A stretch of 64,000 nucleotides of DNA from Giardia intestinalis (lineage: Eukaryota), in the NCBI GenBank assembly GCA_000002435.2, contig CM018792.1. One strand, 5' to 3'. The position numbers and the translations under genes were made by a program. This document shows, piece after piece, positions 60,506 to 64,000 of this stretch. Within the stretch, counting starts at the first letter, position 1. Each line of letters opens with the position of its first letter. The notes below the pieces were generated by a model. The model was not told where the DNA came from, made no database searches, and saw only the letters and a program-made list of their open reading frames with translations.

Positions 60506-61081
60506 TGCGAAATTTTTTTTAAGAGACTGTTCATGTTCAGCATTACAGGGATCGTGTTACTTGTTATTCTTGTATTGATTTTTGTCTATTAAACATAGGC
60601 GCCACGAGCACGCAGAGTGTCTGTCTGATGACTTAGGGTCGCGATGTTTCTAAACGTTGTCAATTAGGCACGTCTAATTTAGAAGAAATTGTGCCAATAA
60701 CAATTATGTGTATTGCCGTGTCCTATTATGTTCTCCTGTGGCAGCTGCGCCTCCCTGGTACCCCAGTGGCTCATCAGATTGACTCCTAACACAAACAGTA
60801 TTTGATAGAGAGCAATTGAAACGGGATCTTCTTGTTTCCCCAGCAATCACTCTGGAAGCACCTCTGCATTTCTGTTGCAGGCAGAGATGCATCTGAGACA
60901 TCTTGCGTTGCAACTTCAGAGGCAAGCAAAATTCTGACCTCGAATGTTTTGGAAATTTTTAAAAACGTGATTGTTCCGTTCTCTCAATCTGGCACTTGCA
61001 ATAGCCGTTGTCTTCTTGCTTGCGTGTGTGCTCCAGGCATCCCTCTCCACTTCCTGCAACTATGGAATAAGTGAGCTGACA

Positions 61082-64000
61082 ATGGAGGTATTTAAAAACG
61101 TGACTCTGTTTCTCCGTGAGCTGAGCTCGGCAGATGTCCTCCAGAAGAGCATATTGGCTGCGAACCCTATCCCTGCGACATTTCTCTTCGACGTCGAGGA
61201 GAAGCTCAGTGAGGCTGTGGAGCGTGTTGACAGGATCATCAAGGAAAAGGCTACCGCTCTGCGCTCTGCGATTAACTATCTGGAGAAGCTCTATGCCGAC
61301 CTAATGCACACGAACGAGCCCATTTTCATCTGCGAACCGCCCATTGACACGCCCACGTTCTTCCAGTCAATCTTCTACCAAAATGCGTTTGTCGACCCGA
61401 CCTCTGTATCGGCTGTGCCACTGAGGCCTCTTCCACAGTCGTCCTGCATCAATGTCAACCTGGCGAGCATATTTGATAACTTGGTCTTCACCGATTCATT
61501 TCCCAAATCTGACTTTTACGAGGAACCAACGCAAAAGATATATTCATCCTTGGATGAAGATGGATACATTATCGGCAACGCATCGGCAACGACGCGCGAG
61601 GCAAATGTTTATCCCCGCGCTAGCTTTCAATCCTATTTAGATTTGGCTGTGTTCTCCTACCCTCGTGTTAGCAGTTTTGCCACCACGAGTAGCATAATAG
61701 ACCAGGAGAAGAAGAAGTTTGCCCAAACATACAACCAAATAACATCCACAGACACTAGCGTTCCGGCGGGGATCATGCGGTCAAAGATTCATTCTGCACA
61801 CTACAATCTTGCAGACACCTTTTTCATAGTGTTGCTGAGTGACTGTGAAGACACCTATACACAGACCATCTACCCTAATCCAGATATCTTGCATGAGCAA
61901 TTGGTAGACTTTCCAGAGATGTTCACAAGAGGTCAGCTGAAGTTCTCCTACAACTTGCTTGGCGAGCAGGAGATCTACCGCTACGATGATGTCGACTACC
62001 CCGGAATAGATCTGGTCGCCGAGACACTATATGTGAATGTGTCGGCGCAGCAGAAACTATTGAAGACCTCCCTCCAGATCTCGGTAGACATTGCCCAGTC
62101 GATAATAGAGGCCAAGTCGGGCTTCTCGTCCACCGGCGTCGTCTTTGTGGGTTGGAATAGCCTCTTCCCTCTAAAGTCCTCCTACAAGGTGTTTACAGGG
62201 CCTTCTGACGTCTATCTAGACTTCATGAACAGCGTTGTCCGCAACATCTCGGCAGCCAACCACTGTCTCATTCCAACACTCTTTGATCTCTATGAAGCGC
62301 TGCACAATGTGTATATGGAGCGTGTCGAGTACCTGTCCAAGGTGTACCAGCGGCGCAATCCTCTGTACACTGAGTTCGAGTCACACTACAGGGCTCTCGA
62401 CAATTCGGCCCAAACATCGCCCCAGCAAACCACTAGGATCCGTCCCCTGGTAGTCTACATCTTGGGATCCGGAATAAGCACGAATAACCAAAGCATTGTG
62501 AAGTCCACGTCGTCTCTTAAACTCATCTCTGAACTGCTGAGAAAGATGAAGAAGATCAACATACAAATAATCATCATCGCAATTCCTCCGGACAAAGACT
62601 CGAGAAAGGAAAAGAGTGTGTTCAACAAGCGCATGCTCCACTACGAGCAGTTCTGCTGGCTCCGCCGTCTTCTTCTTCCCCGTGCCTTTCATGTTTTTGA
62701 TATCGATGATTACGTGAGCTACATGACTCAGCACTTTTCATCCACAAGCATCTGGTTTCATCACAGGGACATCTACTTCCGTCACATCGTGGAACGGTAC
62801 CTCTCCCCTCTCAGAAGCAAGGACAGTGATATCTACTTCTCTGCCCCATACCTGAATCTGCACGGCAGCTCTATGGTTTCGTTTTGCGGCAACGTGTTTG
62901 TAGACCTAGTCAATCTCCCCAAGAATCAGCACCCTACCTTTAATCACACACTGCTGGTCAACACCACCCAGACATCTAGCAAATTTATCATTGGGTCTGT
63001 TTGTGTCGAGCTACCCATGGGCTCGCTGGTAGCTATGCACGGCTTGGCCCACAAAACATATAGATCTTTTCTTCTCGACAGAAACAGCTTGTCGATCCTG
63101 GGATCTACGTCGCGGTATAAGCCCTTCTGGCAGTACTTTCAGTGGTCTGTGATGGAGTCTCTTCCGAAGAATGCTGCAGATATAATACTTCTGCGCGAGC
63201 AAGGACTAATCGAGCTGGACTTGCATACAGGATATATAGTGCATTATAAAGGCCGCCCGTATAACAATAGCTTTACGCTCGATGCAGATCTTCCGACTGA
63301 CACGAGTCCCTATCCCCTGATAAATAGAACGCGCTATCTTTTCTTCCAACAGATCCCTAACCGCAACGATCTTGTGCTATTGGTCTCACTTAATTTCCAC
63401 GTGTGGGATTATCCACTCGCCCCCAGAAAAACAATTAACCCACCTCTGGGTATAGAGTACCTACTCTGTGGAAATGACTCACCTGATTCTGCCACATTTT
63501 ACACGGTACAGACCGTCTTCTCAAAGGCATACAAGAATACCGGCAAATACACACAAGGGTTGAGCCAATCCTGGTACTCAACTTCAGCACTGTGTAGCTC
63601 TATGTCGCAGTTAGTGCGTGCCTCACCAGAAGTATTTGAGATGAAGTACAATGCTAGTCTGGTGGGCGCCCTGGGACTGAATCCTAGTGTCTTGCGCTTC
63701 GCACGATTTGCTGCGGACAATTCAGGCACCTTGAGAGACTGCTACAACGCGTTCAACGCAGAAGCTACTGGCGTGCCGGGTTCAGTCTCCCAATGCATCT
63801 TTCTTGACCTTTCTGGAAACGTCCTTGCATATCCGTCTTTCAGATGTACAAACACATACAACAAGCTCATCCAGAACTTGCTCAACCAGCCTGTGGCTAG
63901 AAGGATCTCCTTCCATCGCTCCTCCTGCATGTGCTCCACGCTTTTCTACGATAGTGGGGACCCTGTCATTTTGGACGATTATGACACCTACCTTTACAAC
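61082..64000 (+). CDS. hypothetical protein, 5' portion (>970 aa; continues past the window end)
   Basis: The ATG at 61082 is the first ATG after an in-frame TGA at 60968 (MEVFKNVTLFLRELSSADVLQKS...). I translated it by hand to the window end without meeting a stop. The composition is coding-like and no domain was recognised. Confidence 0.55.
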   Translation, partial: MEVFKNVTLFLRELSSADVLQKSILAANPIPATFLFDVEEKLSEAVERVDRIIKEKATALRSAINYLEKLYADLMHTNEPIFICEPPIDTPTFFQSIFYQNAFVDPTSVSAVPLRPLPQSSCINVNLASIFDNLVFTDSFPKSDFYEEPTQKIYSSLDEDGYIIGNASATTREANVYPRASFQSYLDLAVFSYPRVSSFATTSSIIDQEKKKFAQTYNQITSTDTSVPAGIMRSKIHSAHYNLADTFFIVLLSDCEDTYTQTIYPNPDILHEQLVDFPEMFTRGQLKFSYNLLGEQEIYRYDDVDYPGIDLVAETLYVNVSAQQKLLKTSLQISVDIAQSIIEAKSGFSSTGVVFVGWNSLFPLKSSYKVFTGPSDVYLDFMNSVVRNISAANHCLIPTLFDLYEALHNVYMERVEYLSKVYQRRNPLYTEFESHYRALDNSAQTSPQQTTRIRPLVVYILGSGISTNNQSIVKSTSSLKLISELLRKMKKINIQIIIIAIPPDKDSRKEKSVFNKRMLHYEQFCWLRRLLLPRAFHVFDIDDYVSYMTQHFSSTSIWFHHRDIYFRHIVERYLSPLRSKDSDIYFSAPYLNLHGSSMVSFCGNVFVDLVNLPKNQHPTFNHTLLVNTTQTSSKFIIGSVCVELPMGSLVAMHGLAHKTYRSFLLDRNSLSILGSTSRYKPFWQYFQWSVMESLPKNAADIILLREQGLIELDLHTGYIVHYKGRPYNNSFTLDADLPTDTSPYPLINRTRYLFFQQIPNRNDLVLLVSLNFHVWDYPLAPRKTINPPLGIEYLLCGNDSPDSATFYTVQTVFSKAYKNTGKYTQGLSQSWYSTSALCSSMSQLVRASPEVFEMKYNASLVGALGLNPSVLRFARFAADNSGTLRDCYNAFNAEATGVPGSVSQCIFLDLSGNVLAYPSFRCTNTYNKLIQNLLNQPVARRISFHRSSCMCSTLFYDSGDPVILDDYDTYLYN

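Noticed and set aside
60785-60798. cctaacacaaacag, which resembles the Giardia intron branch-point/3' splice-site consensus (ACTAACACACAG), ~290 nt upstream of the 61082 gene
   Set aside because: No GTATGT 5' splice site and no upstream exon with a start codon was found. Downstream of the putative acceptor, every frame hits a stop within ~110 nt, so it cannot splice onto the 61082 ORF. It is most likely a chance match in an intergenic region.
60958-61103. A 13-nt exact repeat, TTTAAAAACGTGA, at 60958-60970 and again at 61091-61103, each with loosely similar flanks, just upstream of and at the start of the 61082 gene
   Set aside because: About 30 exact 13-mer matches are expected by chance within a 64-kb window, so this is not significant. 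Similarity in the flanks is weak. It was noted only because one copy contains the in-frame TGA that bounds the ORF.

Overview
This window reads as a compact, apparently intron-free stretch of a protist genome and is most consistent with Giardia (diplomonad). The evidence for that assignment comes from the sequence itself: genes on both strands are separated by only about 2-150 bp; short AT-rich initiator elements abut the ATGs; AGTRAAY polyadenylation motifs sit on or just after stop codons; and three gene families typical of Giardia are present (a High Cysteine Membrane Protein with GGCY/CxxC repeats, a 'Protein 21.1' ankyrin-repeat protein, and a NEK-type kinase). About 29 protein-coding genes are called. 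They include the 5' ~12.2 kb of an axonemal-type dynein heavy chain (minus strand, running off the window start) and several trafficking genes: a syntaxin-like Qa-SNARE, the R-SNARE Ykt6, TRAPP subunit Trs31/TRAPPC5 and an SLC35F6-like transporter. Further calls are the proteasome ATPase Rpt4, Notchless/Rsa4, an SDR reductase, an Arc1p/EMAP-II-type tRNA-binding protein, an ABCA-like full ABC transporter (2180 aa), a TtcA-like PP-loop tRNA thiolase, PP2A methylesterase PME-1, a tandem-GNAT protein, a divergent Nar1/NARFL-like Fe-S protein, and several large orphan proteins. No rRNA, tRNA, CRISPR array or mobile element could be supported. The ORF track uses GTG/TTG as start codons, so several gene starts were moved to the first ATG. 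The observations most worth a second look are these. First, a ~1.2 kb GC-rich (>70%) island sits where the HCMP and TtcA-like genes converge, and the HCMP gene is compositionally mosaic (moderate-GC, then AT-rich, then GC-rich blocks). Second, the TtcA-like PP-loop enzyme looks bacterial in type and carries a ~220 aa N-terminal domain of unknown function. Third, a perfect 14-bp palindrome, CATTTTTAAAAATG, supplies head-to-head start codons for Ykt6 and Rpt4. Fourth, a polytopic membrane protein carries a polyprenol-kinase-like GD..S..G...KT motif. Fifth, the dynein tail before the AAA1 P-loop is unusually long (~2545 aa).
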